Positions 1 through 13,884 of a stretch of 64,000 nt of DNA are shown piece after piece. The translations under genes and the position numbers were made by a program. Source of the DNA: Balanoglossus misakiensis (lineage: Eukaryota; Animalia; Hemichordata). A model generated the notes under the pieces. It did not search any database. It was not told where the DNA came from and worked only from the letters and a program-made list of their open reading frames with translations. Position 1 is the stretch's first letter. Every line of letters begins with the position of its first letter. The stretch lies in the NCBI GenBank assembly GCA_040954595.2, contig CM082598.2, positions 8,261,097-8,325,096 on the forward strand, read 5' to 3'.

Positions 1-1340
1 AAGATCACAGATTCACGTAACATTGAATTACCATCACCGCACCTGAGCACAACTAAATCTTCTAGGTGAAATACTTTTGTACATTTCGAAAAAAGTGTCC
101 CCCTCCCCTTCTTTGTCTCTATACTGCTTGAGAACCTTTTTCTAGCTTTCCACTTTAAGTGAGCCCACACAGTCTGGAGTCTGCCGAAGTTAGAGTTCCA
201 ATAATGTCCGAGTCTACATAGAGAAATATATTTTCTCGTAGCCTGTCTTATCCTTAAGAGGAGTTGGAGATAATCTTTTCGCAGAAAAGATAAGTAACAT
301 AATAAAACAAATCAAGAGGCGTCAGGTAGCGTAAGCAGTAGGCAAACGTTATACAAGTGTCAAATGAGCAAGGATCGCAGATGGGCCCTCACAAGATGTT
401 CATCCCACACACGGAACCGATCTTAACTAATTAAGAACAAACGTCGACCCCCACTATATACAGACAAATAATTTTCGGTTTGATATTTTTGTCTTAATAA
501 TACATCATTTTGCCGCATTTGAATATCAAAAATACAAAGAAAATAATGTCTCCTCAAGGGTTGATGTAGGTAGGTACCAGATGCGTCACAATTCTCTACC
601 ATAATTTTCCTGGTTGCCACCAAGCTGTATGCTAGAATGTTCTGTTACTAAAACCAAGGCAAGTGCGTTGCTGACACAACGTTAATTACAATTACTATGT
701 GGACGTAAATACTCTTAAGAGGTGTTGAGAGGCAAATAGTGTAAAATTATTATGCATTTTTAATTATGCTCTACGTCGTGATAACAATGTCTGGTGCCGT
801 GTCAATGCTATGCTTTTCCGAACATATACCCTTACAAATGCATCCAACTAAAACAAAATGTTAATTTACTATCGTGGCAAAATGGCATTTGCGCCTTTTC
901 ATGTTTTGCAAAACCTTATACTTGTGTAGAAATAGTCTTCAGATGTCTCACCTTGCAGTCCAATGGATAGTATAAATGTGAAAATCACACATTTGTTCGG
1001 CCAGCGAATTAAATTCATATTTTCTGGCATGGACTGTCCTCTGTCCAGTCTCTGTTCCGAGCAAAACTCAAACAACAACTGGTTCGCATATACATGGGAC
1101 AGTAAAAGTTATATGCGGAACCACTGGGCGTGGTCTTATATAAAGAGTTATGGGTATACGTATACAAACACTGTGCTGAGAGTTTTACAGAGTTTATTAC
1201 CATGCAATTTATCCCAAAATAGTTCCAATCGTGTTTACAATCAGTGCTTTGTGAGCTCTCGTATTATTGGGTCTTGGCGTCCACGCCTGTGACATGATTT
1301 AACTAAGATTAAGAATCGCCAAGAAAAGGACAGTGCTTAG

Positions 1341-1777
1341 TACGGAGGCTTAATGAGGCCACAGGAGTAATTTTTTTTTGTTTCATACCTGTAATTTTGT
1401 TTTCATGCCGGTAATAAAAATTTCATACCTGTAATAAAAATTTCATGCCTGTATTTTTTTTTTTACTTTCGTGACATTTTAACCTACAAGATCTGCTCAG
1501 CTCAGCTGAGTTCAAGTGTGATATTGCGGTCAAAGTTAAGCATAAACCTTTGATATCAACATTCAGGAAGAGAGTAGAAAATACAAACAGAGGTGTCATA
1601 ACCTGAGGCAGGTTCCAGCGACACAGAGTCAGCTGAGCCAGTCACTCTACATGCGATCGTAAGCTGTAAGTTCAAAGGTCATTAAAGTAAAAAAAATACA
1701 GGCATGATCTGATGACGTGAAGTGTTTCATGCCTGTAATTTTTTTTTAGTTTCATGTGGCCTCATTAAGCCTCCGTA
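1341..1777. mobile_element. Non-autonomous TIR element (MITE), IS3EU-like
   Basis: 23-bp TIR TACGGAGGCTTAATGAGGCCACA at 1341, with its reverse complement ending at 1777. GCTTAG is duplicated on both sides (6-bp TSD). Subterminal TTTCAT(G/A)CCTGTAAT repeats. TAY termini with a 6-bp TSD fit IS3EU. Confidence 0.8.
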
Positions 1778-3144
1778 GCTTAGCGCTTGCTTTGTTAGTA
1801 ACTTGACCGTTAGTTGATATTCAGGATCTGAATTTGTCATGCTTTCAAACATACTTGTGGGTTTTGTTAAGTCGCAAGTCATTTTGTCCCTGTTCTTAAA
1901 ATTTGGGCTAAACTGTGTTTCCTCTGAAGTTTTGGCCATAGCGTACATTGCGTTTATCTCTCCTGTGGTTGCTGATAAATTCTAAAAGAGCGGCAGTTTA
2001 TTCTTCAAGGAGCTGCGCAGATGGGGAAACAAATGCTAAATGACTTGACATGAATATTTTCTACCCTTTTAAGAAATCTTGCATTAAAAGGCCCTTCTTA
2101 AATTTCATGAATGAAAAAAAAACACTCCCAACTGGGCGATTAATTGGTTCCAGGTGCCAATTTCCTCATTTTCCAATTAATAGCCCTGGACGAATTATCA
2201 GTAAAACCCGGCAGTTAATTTCATTGAATTTTGTGATATTTTTTTATTTGACACTTGACCTTTCAAGGGACAGGACAAAATCATATCAACCCGCTGCTTC
2301 AAGAACATCACTTGTCGTCCAACAAACAACATCACATATACCCTCAGAATGGCCAGTATCCTCAGATCAGTAATACACATTTATTCTTCAGGTATGCTTC
2401 ATGGTATTATTGCCAGTTTTATATTTTCCAAGATAAAAACAAAAATCAATGTATAAAAAAATTATCCAAGTGTTACCGAGTAGTTCACGCACCCATGAGA
2501 AAAGAAAATTCAGATGGCTAACAGCGTTTCACCAACCCATCCACCAAATATCTGAAGTGTCACTAATATGTTCACTTCTCAAACGCCCCTTTAGTTATTT
2601 GATTAATATATATGACTCTAAGAACACTTCCGCGTGATAAGGAGAGTGCCCTAATATACCCTCTTACAAAAAATGGGTCACTGAAGTAGATCCGCGGCTT
2701 TATTACTGATTTTGAGATCACGTAGAAGAATGCAAATAGGTTTCAACATCATTGCTTTTCTTGGTCTTAACAACAGAAAACACTTAGCTCGTAAAGTGTG
2801 GAATGATGTCGGGCCATTTAATGATCGGACTTTATTATCTTGGTTTAACATTTTTATTACGTGAAAATATTGATGGACTGAGTTGCCGAGCAGCCTGCCA
2901 CGATTTCCGCCCCAATTGGGTCAAACAAACACATTGTGTAGTGAAGTGTGACTTGAAGCTTGTGTAGTATACTCAACACAGCCTTGTACAAATCTCACGC
3001 TGTTTCTGGACTGTAACTAGTGCCGCTTTATAAAACGATATATCACTACATTTGTTTTCAACACGTTGGCAAAATAACATTCCATTTTGTGCTATTGGTC
3101 TCTGGGGTTCTTTAAAATGCAATTTCTCATCGAAAAATAAACTT

Positions 3145-3475
3145 TGCATACTTTGCGGTATTTTCGTAATAACATTATTATTATACATCTTACATCTCCG
3201 TTAGTTCTTGTGTTGCATGTTACTTGGCTTTCAAAACGCCCAAAATGCCGATACAATCGATCGAAAACCGCTCAGTTGACTCAGTGGGCAGCCATCTTTC
3301 TTTTTTGTTTACCTGCGTTGGAGTGGGGGTGTCTTGAAACCGTCCGCATAACAACGCACACCTGTACACGGTGAGTTGGGGCGCCTTGAAACTCAAGACT
3401 TATTTAACACGCGTTCCGTACGGCTTTTTTAGCGCACGCTAAATTCTATTGTTCTCAGTGCCAGATGTATAATAA
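3145..3475 (+). mobile_element. Truncated hairpin-ended element (same family as 20607-21060)
   Basis: Near-identical to 20705-21058. Keeps only the right hairpin arm and the body bounded by TTATTATACATCT...AGATGTATAATAA. Confidence 0.85.
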
Positions 3476-6400
3476 CTTGTTTTATCGTATTGCACCAGAT
3501 TCTCCAAGACTCTCTTTTTAGACACATAAATTAACAAACAGACAGCAGACGACAACAAGGTCACGTTCCTACAGCACGACGTTCTCATCAACTGCGAAGC
3601 GATCGACGAAGGCTGCAGGATCATTGCAGGAAACCAATAAGAAAACATTTGAAACAGGTATGCGCCCTCAAACTACGTAGAGCACATTTGAGAAGGTCTC
3701 TTTTTACATAACTTTTTGGTCATATTCTCGCAAATGTAGAGCTAACAAATGATTAATTGTTTAAATTTGTTGAACTATTTGCATAAGTATGTCAAAAACT
3801 AATATTATGTAGCAGTTTATAACGAATCTATTGTGTACATCTGAATTTCAAATGAAGTTTCGCACTAAATTGAAAAATGATACATGAGCATAGAATAAGA
3901 AATTACATCATTTGATCATGATCTCAATTTGCATGTCTTAATCAAAGCTAATGAAATTGTTGTATTTCAATACCTAACCCTTTAACCACCATGGTTCAGA
4001 CCAAACCCATTGTTTTCTATGGTGAGGACCTCTAAAGAAGGAACTGTAAGATTTGATCATTTTCCCAATGCGTTTTTGTTGAGTATTCACGGTGTGTTTT
4101 GTCCAGATTTAATCTTAATCATTGAGTGAGCAGCCTTGAAATACAGTCCCATATTGCCAGTTTTTGCTATTTTTGACAATGTTGGGGGTCTTTTATATTT
4201 TTGAAACTCACCAGAAGGCCTTGTGTACACAGTAGTTGTACACTATAGAATATATGGATAGGAGTACAGCAACATGCCTATAGCCATGCTATTTAGTAAT
4301 GGATGTCTAGGTCTCGAAACCTGTTGGCCTTGCAACTGGAGAGTACATACTCTTGACTCAGCTGAAATGTTGACTTCTTGAGGTGTGACGTAGTATTGTT
4401 GATAAAGGCTCCAAAATACTGAGAGAGAAATAAAAACAAAAGTTTCAGTGCCAATCGATTATATTTAAATGCACATTTGTGAAAAACCGCTAACCTTTAA
4501 AAGTTTGTAAACATTGTTGCAATCTGGTCAAAATCTTAGATTAAATAATTCATATGTGAGAAAGAGGTGTTATGAAAGGTTAGATTTGTAGGGTTTTAGT
4601 ATGTTTGAGACCAATCTATGTCTTTGGTTCTAAACTAACTAACTAAACAAACTCATTGGTTACTCAGGACAATTATCCCCAACATATGTACAGATATAGG
4701 GCTGACTCGGGATGTCTGGAAATCCTCAAATTAACTCACATTATGTTTTTAGAGAGCAGACTTGTTATTACGTTTGACTGGTGCTTTCTTTTCATTTGCT
4801 TCCATGACCTTTGAAGTTTGACTCCATGCAGAACATCTATGGCAGCTGAGTTCAACAGGTGAAAGGTATACAGTCTCCTATGCAAAGTTAGCTACAGTTA
4901 CCATGGCAAATTGAAGATATTTTACTGTAATTACAAATACACAGATGAATGGAATTTAGATTAATTCCCTACACAGAAAGCTACACAATGAAAATGCCAA
5001 AAATTCAGGACCATAGAAAGTTTGTTTTGCTGAAAAATGGGACATTCAGTAATGATAATTTTGTGTATTTCAAAGGTCGAGATATCATTGGTGTTATGCT
5101 CAGCTAGCAAATTTGGGTTGAGGGATCTCTTGAAAATTTTCCTTCCACCAATGTTATTCATCTTTAATCTCATAAATTATATAACTCTATCTAATGACAA
5201 TACGCTCTGTGTGTTTGTGGGATAAGTTAATTAGTATGAGACCAAATATACTTGATTTGTTTGGCACTTGGATGTAACCTGTGATCAAATGGCAGCGCAG
5301 TGGCCAAGACACTGTTTTGGAGAAATCCGCTCGCTGAGCAAATTGACGAGAAACTAATTTGCGTTTCTCGATTACACGCCATTACTTTTTTTGTCCTCCG
5401 AAAAGCAACGGCTGAGTGTATGATAGACTATTGTGAACAATATAAAGATCTTTGCCCAAGGGTGCCTGCATGAAGGTTTCATGCAGCGAACGGGAACAGC
5501 ATTTGGGAAATCTATTTTCACTGTGAATGCGAAGCTTGATATTTCGGTATTAAATGAGCAACACTATGGCCTATAGGGCTTTACGTCTTTGAAATAATAT
5601 AATACCCTGTTGGCAAGATCCCAGCTATTGTCAAATGTTATATCTTCATGTAGAATGCAAGCTAATTTATATAAAGGCAGGAACGAATATCTTTTAAATT
5701 AGCGTGCGTCTCAGTCACGTACACCGATTTCATACAACCCATCCAATGTGTCAACTGCAAAATCATACTGAAACAAATAAGTATCAATTACTGCGCTTTT
5801 CATGTATATAATTGCGATCATACCCATTCATGGTGAAAAATACATTATTTACATGTTCAGAGCCAAACAGTCAAAAATTGATACAGCGCAGCACACAGAC
5901 CAAAGTCAAGTCTGTGAAAGACAGATATATGACCCGGAAGTGATGTCATTATTTTTTCTAAACTTCCCACCTAACCGACCATGTGGCACCCACCATGTAT
6001 AATCCTGGCTTTCTCGTTTTAAATGAACGAGAAAAGTTCGTGTATATTTTCACTCACAAAGACAAACTTCTTCTTGTTAAGTTAATATCAAGTACTTTAC
6101 TTCTCTACCCAAACTTCTTCAGTTGTGTAAATGTAAGTGGTAGAGCAAATGCAAGCAATTATACATTGCTAACATAATCCGGTAGGATTGTGGCTTGTGC
6201 AATTTAGTATTATTTGAAATGTACTTCAAAGACAAAGGAGGCATTTCGTTCTCAAAACTCAAGATATAGTGAAGGTTTTTTACCTGATGTGCAAGTAAAC
6301 TCCAATTTGAAACTTTCTGACTCGTTTCCTGACAGCTAGCAGCCAAACTAAAAAACTTAGTCGTTTTTTTCAGAAATTCATATTGTCTGAGTACCTCTCT

Positions 6401-6713
6401 ACCATCCACCAATGCAATTCTGCGACCGGCCCTACGTCACTCGAAAATTATTGGCATCATCAACTACTCAACATTCGATTGCATAGCTCCTATTATCCAG
6501 ATGGTCCTATCACGCCGGCGGACAACTGTCTTTAAATAGCCAATTACCGTAACGCGCCATCATCGACAAGTACCTTCTCAACTTGTCGGTGGGGTTTGGG
6601 AATATATCAGCAATTCTTTTTCAACCACTGTTCAGTAAAGATTCCCTCTCCCCCGACTGTTAGCCCATCTCCCAAGATATTGCAAAAGCATTTCTAATAT
6701 AGCTCTGAAGGAT

Positions 6714-8396
6714 ATGCCATCAAAATTCTTGAACTTCTTCGAGTCCAAGGTTTCCAAACTGCGAGAAGACCTTGATGGATGCTCCGACGCCTGGAAGAAC
6801 GATGTGTTACCGAGTCACACTGTCACCAATTTTGATGCAGTATCACCTGACGATGTTACGACACTAATAAAGCGGTCGTCCTCAAAATCATGTGACCTTG
6901 ACGTGTTGCCATCGAAGTTCGTTCAAGACTCTATCGATCTACTCGCACCATTCCTTACTCAACTTTTCAACGCATCACTTTCGTCTGGCATCGTTCCAAG
7001 TCAATTCAAATCAGCTATTATTCGGCCACTGTTGAAAAAATCACATCTTGACCAGAATATCATGAAGAACTACAGACCAGTGTCCAACTTACCTTTCCTA
7101 TCAAAAGTTCTTGAGCGTATAGTTGCCCAACAGTTATACGATCATCTCAACAGGTACCAGCTTTTCACAAGATGTCAGAGTGCATATCGCGCCAACCATA
7201 GCACTGAAACCGCTCTCCTACGCGTCCATAACGACATTATGCTTGCCCTGAATCAAAAGAAGGATGTACTTCTCGTCATGCTTGATTTGTCCGCCGCGTT
7301 TGACACGATCGACCATGATATTCTATTACACCGCCTCCGATCTAGATTTGGCATCACTGGTACAGTACTTTCGTGGTTTCGATCATATCTTGCCGATCGC
7401 ACTCATCGTGTCAAGATTGGAAATGTGTTTTCTCATCATTTGCAAGTGAAGTATGGCGTTCCACAGGGATCTGTCCTCGGGCCAATTTTATTCACGCTCT
7501 ACACAGCACCACTAGAGGATATTATAGTAGGCCATAATCTTGAATACATGATGTACGCTGATGACACACAGTTGTACATTATCTGCAATAAACCCGAAGA
7601 TGTTAGCGCCGGCGTTGAAATGTGCGTTGATGATATTCGCGGATGGATGAGAAGTAACATGCTGGTGCTGAACGATAACAAGACCGAAGTTATTCATTTT
7701 TCATCACGCTTGAAACACGATATGGCAGAACTGCATAACCTCAGGATTGGTAAACATAACATCACTCCCTCTCCTTTCGTTCGGAATCTTGGTGTTATTC
7801 TCAACAGGGATGGCTTTATGTGTGAACATATCAGTCAACTTTGTAGGAACGCATATTTCTCTTTATCAAGAATCGGTAAAATTCGTAAATTACTCGACAA
7901 GCCCACTACCGAGAAACTCATTCATGCATTCGTTACCTCTAGACTCGACTATTGTAACAGTCTGTTCTATGGCATCTCAAATGACCAGCTGATCCGTCTG
8001 CAGTCTGTTCAAAATGCAGCAGCCCGTCTCGTCACAGGTACACGCAAATATGACCACATCACCCCTGTTTTCATTGATTTACACTGGTTACCTGTGAAAG
8101 CTCGTATACAATTCAAAATTTTATTGACTACTTTTAAGATTGTTAGAGGTGGTGCACCGCTTTATCTGACCGATTTAATTGATCTTTACGTACCGTCAAG
8201 AAATCTGCGATCTTCTGAGAAATTACGTTTAACTCCTCCTCGCGGATATTTCAATAAGTCCTACGGTCAGAGAGCTTTTTCGGTATGTGCCCCTTTCCTG
8301 TGGAATGCACTGCCTTCAGAAATTCGTTGTGCCAGAAATACTACTTCTTTTAAACGTTGTTTGAAGACCCATCTTTTTAACAAGTTTTACTCGTAA
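6714..8396 (+). CDS. Reverse transcriptase of an L2/CR1-group LINE (5'-truncated ORF2, 560 aa, uninterrupted)
   Basis: Motifs NYRPVSNLPFLSKVLE, QSAYR..HSTETAL, LDLSAAFDTIDH, GVPQGSVLGP, YADD, SRLDYCNSL, LHWLPV, FKRCLKTHLF. No endonuclease domain. Confidence 0.95.
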   Translation: MPSKFLNFFESKVSKLREDLDGCSDAWKNDVLPSHTVTNFDAVSPDDVTTLIKRSSSKSCDLDVLPSKFVQDSIDLLAPFLTQLFNASLSSGIVPSQFKSAIIRPLLKKSHLDQNIMKNYRPVSNLPFLSKVLERIVAQQLYDHLNRYQLFTRCQSAYRANHSTETALLRVHNDIMLALNQKKDVLLVMLDLSAAFDTIDHDILLHRLRSRFGITGTVLSWFRSYLADRTHRVKIGNVFSHHLQVKYGVPQGSVLGPILFTLYTAPLEDIIVGHNLEYMMYADDTQLYIICNKPEDVSAGVEMCVDDIRGWMRSNMLVLNDNKTEVIHFSSRLKHDMAELHNLRIGKHNITPSPFVRNLGVILNRDGFMCEHISQLCRNAYFSLSRIGKIRKLLDKPTTEKLIHAFVTSRLDYCNSLFYGISNDQLIRLQSVQNAAARLVTGTRKYDHITPVFIDLHWLPVKARIQFKILLTTFKIVRGGAPLYLTDLIDLYVPSRNLRSSEKLRLTPPRGYFNKSYGQRAFSVCAPFLWNALPSEIRCARNTTSFKRCLKTHLFNKFYS

Positions 8397-8497
8397 CTGT
8401 AGTAGTTGTTTTTTGTATCTTTTTAATACTTTGTTCAGCGCACTGAGACGTTTGTGGAGTGCGTTTTTTAAGAATTAAATATTATTATTATTATTAT
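6714..8497 (+). mobile_element. L2/CR1-group LINE, 5'-truncated, with short 3'UTR and (ATT)n tail
   Basis: RT ORF, then an ~80-bp UTR with a GCGCAC...GTGCGT stem, then ATTATTATTATTATTATT. Confidence 0.9.
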
Positions 8498-8834
8498 TTT
8501 TTCCTCTGCACCATCTGCCGACAACTCCCATTATCCTTCAACCACCCCACTAAATTCAAATGGTGCTCCCCTTGTACAAAAAACAACTATTGTTATGTCA
8601 TTGCTCCATTCGCAATCGAAAAAAGGCAACGAGAGACTTATTTTTACAAACAATACAGGTCAATGCCCGTTTTTTTTAGCAAGGGTTTTGACTTTTGGAG
8701 GTTTTTTATGAACGACTCGCACATGTACCACTTATAGCCTTGAAACTTTACTAGTCCAATGGGCAAGGGGAACATCTCTGAATAAATGTCGGAGATTTGC
8801 ATCATCTGTAAAACGTTGCAAATCTGTCTATTAA

Positions 8835-9560
8835 TACAAGGCTTAGCCAGTTTCAAAAAAGGCTGTGACTTTGCATTAAAAATTGTTGGGCGACGTGACT
8901 GTGGCCTCCCGTAGTGTGATATCTTCTTGTATGGTTGGCTGAATATTGTTGATTACCTTCTGAATGCTTTTAAGCTGTGCGTTGTTCGTTATTACCAATG
9001 GGGTTTTGTTGTTATCCCCTTTTTGGTTATATTCAAGGAGATCATCGCGGTTAAGTTGTTGACTCGTTTTATTTGTTCATGAATGGTATTGGGTTTGTAT
9101 CTGAGTTGCCGAAATGTCTGTTGCAATTCACCAAGATTGTGATTTCGGTCTTCTTGTTTGGAGCATATTCTGTTATAATGGAGGGCTTGGCTGGATGCAA
9201 TAGAACAGAGGGTGTGTGGAGGATGGGAACTGGATGGATGTTGGTAATTGTTGCTGTCTGTGTGGGTTTTTTTTGGGGGGGGAGGGGTGCTCGTTTCAAG
9301 ATGACCGTCATGGAGTTTCACTGTGGTGTCAAGGAAATGTATGCAATCCTGAGAATATTCCATAGTGAATTTGATAGTGTGGTGTAGAGTGTCTAGTCCA
9401 TGGCTTCAAATCATGAAGATGTCATCTGTGAAGCGAAGGTATATGTATAGGGTTTGAGTGGATATCAATCAAGGAAGAGTTATTCAAAATCTGTCATGAA
9501 TAAAATTAGCGACCTATGGTCCCATACGCGTACCCATCGCAGTCCCATGTCTAAATCATT
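8835..9560 (-). mobile_element. Decayed Penelope-like retroelement (RT and thumb)
   Basis: Minus-strand motifs TAMGTRMGP*VAN, YLRFTDDIFMI*SHG, IHFLDTTV, HPSSSHPPHTLCSIASSQALHYNRICS, broken by stops and frameshifts. Confidence 0.85.
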
Positions 9561-11132
9561 TCAACAGGAAGGTCAAGACAGCCATCAAATGATGTCTTTG
9601 AATCCGGACCTAAATTCAAGAACAATGGGAGTTATATTCACAACACAATTGTAGGCAGTTGGTCTGGATATAGTCGAGTAGAACTGAACCCGAAATTGGC
9701 ATAACCGTGAAGTACGGTACAAATGCGATCTTTTTGTGATAAGATGTGATGAAGCAGAGGTCATACAGAATTGAGCGAACACAATTGTACAAATAATGTA
9801 TATGTATTACACGAAAAGTTAAACTGTTTTTACTAAGAGAACATCTACAAGAAAAGTAATGATGTTAGAAATTAGCAAATGGTTATTTCGAGTATAACAC
9901 CCAACCGGCCCGGGCGACGATGCATTTCAAGGCTCAGATAGCCAGAGTCTATCGAAACACAGTAAGTGCACGATATGTGCACACATGGCACTTTTTAACC
10001 ATCCCAATGTCGATATTTCTCTGTCAATTAATGTGCAGTTGCCCTATTTGCTAACAGAGAGGTCCCAAACATAGGCGTACATGATTTCAAAGATGCCACT
10101 TTATGAAATGTTTATCGAAGCTTCTCCATGCAACTGGAAAGCATCTTTGTTGGCCTTGTAACTGTCACAAATCACTGGTTATGAAACAGACACTCTATTT
10201 GACAAAAGTGCATTTTCAGTCATTAATCTCTGTACTAAAGCTGACACAACTATCTGTAACTTGTAATTATTTTTGTCAGTATTATTGGTCTGTATGTAAA
10301 CCATGGTTTCTTGTTCAGCTCCCTATATCAGGATTAGTAGTTATCTTCTCAACTTTGCCAGCATGTGTATCATCAGCATTGTATTTCATTGGTTGACAAG
10401 TCCGGAGTCTTAATATTAAGAATGGTCTCCACACGTAAACACGACTTGTTGACTCATAGACATGTTGGGATATTACATGCAGGAGAACAAGAAAATGTGT
10501 GATGTAGTTGAAACATAAAACAAAAATTCTGAGAGAATAACCAGATGCAGATAAATGCCTGTTAATGCATTTATTTAAACCAATTTTAGTAAAAAAAATG
10601 AAACAAATAAAACAAGTGTGTTTGAACTATTAGGCTAATATTCATTTATCTCCGAGGTAAGTGTCATATGTTTATGGCTTCAGTGTGATATTTTGACATC
10701 CTGCATCGTATCATGGACAGTGATTTCAACATTGAACTGTTATGTCAGAATGAAAGTCAGGATGAAAATTATAGTTAGGAACATTTTTAAAGAAAAACGC
10801 ATGTATGATCATGAATAGAAGTGAAAGTACAATGAAATGAGTGAGTAAGAATAGAACGCCCTGTGGGTGTAAGAAATTGAATGTGACCTGTTTCAATCGA
10901 AATTTCCCATAGAATTTTAAACGTCCTTGTCACCGAGGCCAGTATCATGAGTTTTAGACTGCACAACGGATGATGATCTCTGACCATGATGATGATGATG
11001 GCGATATTCATCTTTATATTTTCGAGTAACAAACACCAAACATTCAAAAATGAATGTAAATAATGAATGCTGAAATATATGTCAAGAACGATCGATCTAC
11101 TCTGAGTTGGGGAATCATACACAACCAAAGTT

Positions 11133-11455
11133 CACCAGGTCTGGTGCATGTCTGGTGCATGTCTGACCAACAGGTCATGTACAGCGATAAGGCCCCAGAC
11201 CTGCAGCAGTCTGCTGCATCAGACCTGCAGCAGGTCTGTCCCGTCAGACCTGCACCAGGTCAGTCCTGCAGACCTGCAGCAGGTCTGTTCTGTCAGACCT
11301 GCAGCAGACATGTCAGAACAGACCTGCACCAGACCTGTTCTGTCAGACCGTCACCAGACCTGTTAGAACAGACCTGCACCAGACCTGTCAGAAGAGACCT
11401 GCGCCATAACTGTTAGAACAGACCTGCACCCGACCTGTTCTGTCAAACCTGCTGA
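11133..11455. repeat. Degenerate minisatellite of CAGACCTG(CAC/CAG/TT) units in both orientations
   Basis: Many CAGACCTG and CAGGTCTG copies at ~10-15-bp spacing. Confidence 0.8.
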
Positions 11456-12805
11456 CAGCAAGGTATGTTTGTGTGTAAATGAATGTATATATTGTGTATA
11501 CCCGTACAAATTATTTATCCAAAGCATTTTATTAAACAAAAAATCATTGCCCATCACAGCACAAAACATCTACATGTAATTGCATTGCCTTAATTGACGG
11601 AGTATTTTCAGAGGAAATATATCACTGTACATAGCATTTCCTACATATTTAAATCATCTGAGAGGAAAAAATAATTTACTCTAAAAAATTTATATAAAGA
11701 TTCATGTTTGTATTCCCCCCCCCCAACCAATCTACAAGCTGTATATTCAAACTCTTCTCGAAATAATTTTCTGCAAAGGAATAAATAAAATACAATCTGA
11801 TAATTTTACGACGATAGTTTTAATTGTCATATCTTCTCGGTGAACAGGGAAGCATTTGCAAAATGACACAGACATCCTAGTGGCCTGCTGAGTCTTTGAC
11901 TCTGACACTGCGGATTAGTTTTCAATAGGAAATCTAAAAAAAAATGTTGGCACCTGTACAAGTATTATTCGTTACATACTGTCAATGAGAGACATATTCA
12001 GAAGAGTCGATAATTCACAAGTCATTTGGAAAATACCTGAGAGTTAAAAAGCGTACAGAGATACAATTGAAACTTATTACATTTCAGACATTACGAAATG
12101 TTGTTCACAAGTAAAAACAAGTTTTTTTATTAATGATGCTAGCACAGAACGTCAACTGGTAATCTGTCACCTGTGACTCTTGCCATGGAGAATAGCGAGA
12201 AAATCTGCCCAAACTATTGTCATTTGAACGAAATTTAACACATAGCTGAGTCAAATAAAATAAAAATCATCAGTCAACGTATGGTCAATGCTCTATTTTG
12301 AGGTAAACTTTGCTAAATATTTTAGCCATAGACAAAACCATAGGCGACAATGTAGATTTGACGTATAAGTTGTTGGTGAAATCAGAGATCCCTATCAAAC
12401 TCTTTGGCCACAACTACCAAACTTGAGAAGGTAGACACCCCACACATCATCACATCAATATGATGATCACCTTGTCCATCGCCAGCGTTTATTGTGTTGA
12501 CTGCCTTGAAGAATAGAATTTCAGTATCACCTTTGTCACTGGATTTATTCCATAATCCTGGACTCCTGTGATGGAACAGAGAACATCTTTTTGTTGTAAT
12601 AGTACATTTGATTAAGACCTCATTATTCTTTCCATAGTCCATGTCCTTGAATAATGTGAATGACACAAATACCAAGAACACATTGTGTAAGTGTAAGAAC
12701 CACTAGTTGTGATTTGAAATACCTAAATAAAAAAAATCAGGATATATTAAATCTGCCTCACCCTCTCCCCTCCCAAACAAAAAAGGGAAGAACTTTGTTC
12801 CAGTT

Positions 12806-13870
12806 TTTTAGGTCCCATTGGTATGTACCATGGGACCTTATGGGATCGGTTGCGTCTGTATGTATGGATGGATGGATGTATGGATGTATGGATGGATGGA
12901 TGTATGGATGGATGTATGTATGTATGTCCGTCCACATCAAAAACTTGAAAACCGCAGCGCGTGTGACCTCGATATTTGGTGTGTAGATGCAGGCAGGGCT
13001 GTAGATGGGAGTTTGTTCAAATGAAGTTGTCATTGCCAAAAATATGCAAATTAGCTGGGAAAATGTGAAATTGGTCAAAACTCAAAAACTACTGGTCATA
13101 TTGATTTGAAAATTAGTATGCATGTACCTTATGTCAACCTCATACAGTCCTGTATGTTGAGCTAATATTATCGATTTCCTATTTTTTATGCAGTTTTTTG
13201 TAATTTTCCATGTTATTGGTAAAAAGTGTTCATTTCTGAAAGTGATGGGCTTACTTCTCTTAAATTTAGTATGAAGCTTCCTAATGGTTGTCTGAGTAAC
13301 CATAGTTTTGTTCAAATTGTTGCACAATTTGCATATTTATAATTTTGAGCAATATTTGCCATTTTGGTTTTAAAAAAATTATTTAAAACCGCATGCCAGA
13401 TTGCTTTGAAATTTGGTAGGCATGTTCGTTCGTAGGGGTAACCTAAGTAATATGTTGTAAAAAATGTGATATTTGCATAAATGTGTTATCGGGGAAACTT
13501 TTGCAATATTTGTCAAACATTGTTTTCTCTGAAACCGCTTGTCATATTGTTTTGAACTTTGGCAGGCATGTTCCTTGTACTGATTGATGTAAGATATTGT
13601 ACAATTTTGGTGATATTTGCATATTTGTGATTTTGCCACTTTTGAACAAATATTTTCTGTAAAACTGCTAGTTGGATTGCTTTGAAATTTGTTTTTTTTT
13701 TCTCTGATTGCTTTGAAATTAAGGATGTACTTTCATAACACATACGTGTATATGTGCAACTTTTATTCAATTCTGATATCAGAAATATTCAATATTTAGC
13801 GAGTTTTTGTAAGTTTCTTTGTTTTTGGTTAGCAAATCTTCTCCTAAACCAATTGTCCAGTTGTTTTTAA
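12806..13870 (+). mobile_element. Helentron/DINE-1-like non-autonomous element, 5' part
   Basis: Starts TTTTAGGTCCCATTGGTATGTACCATGGGACC (short inverted repeat), then an (ATGG/ATGT)n core. The first ~330 bp match 51225-51552 in reverse. 3' boundary uncertain. Confidence 0.7.
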
Positions 13871-13884
13871 AGTTACTATTTTCA

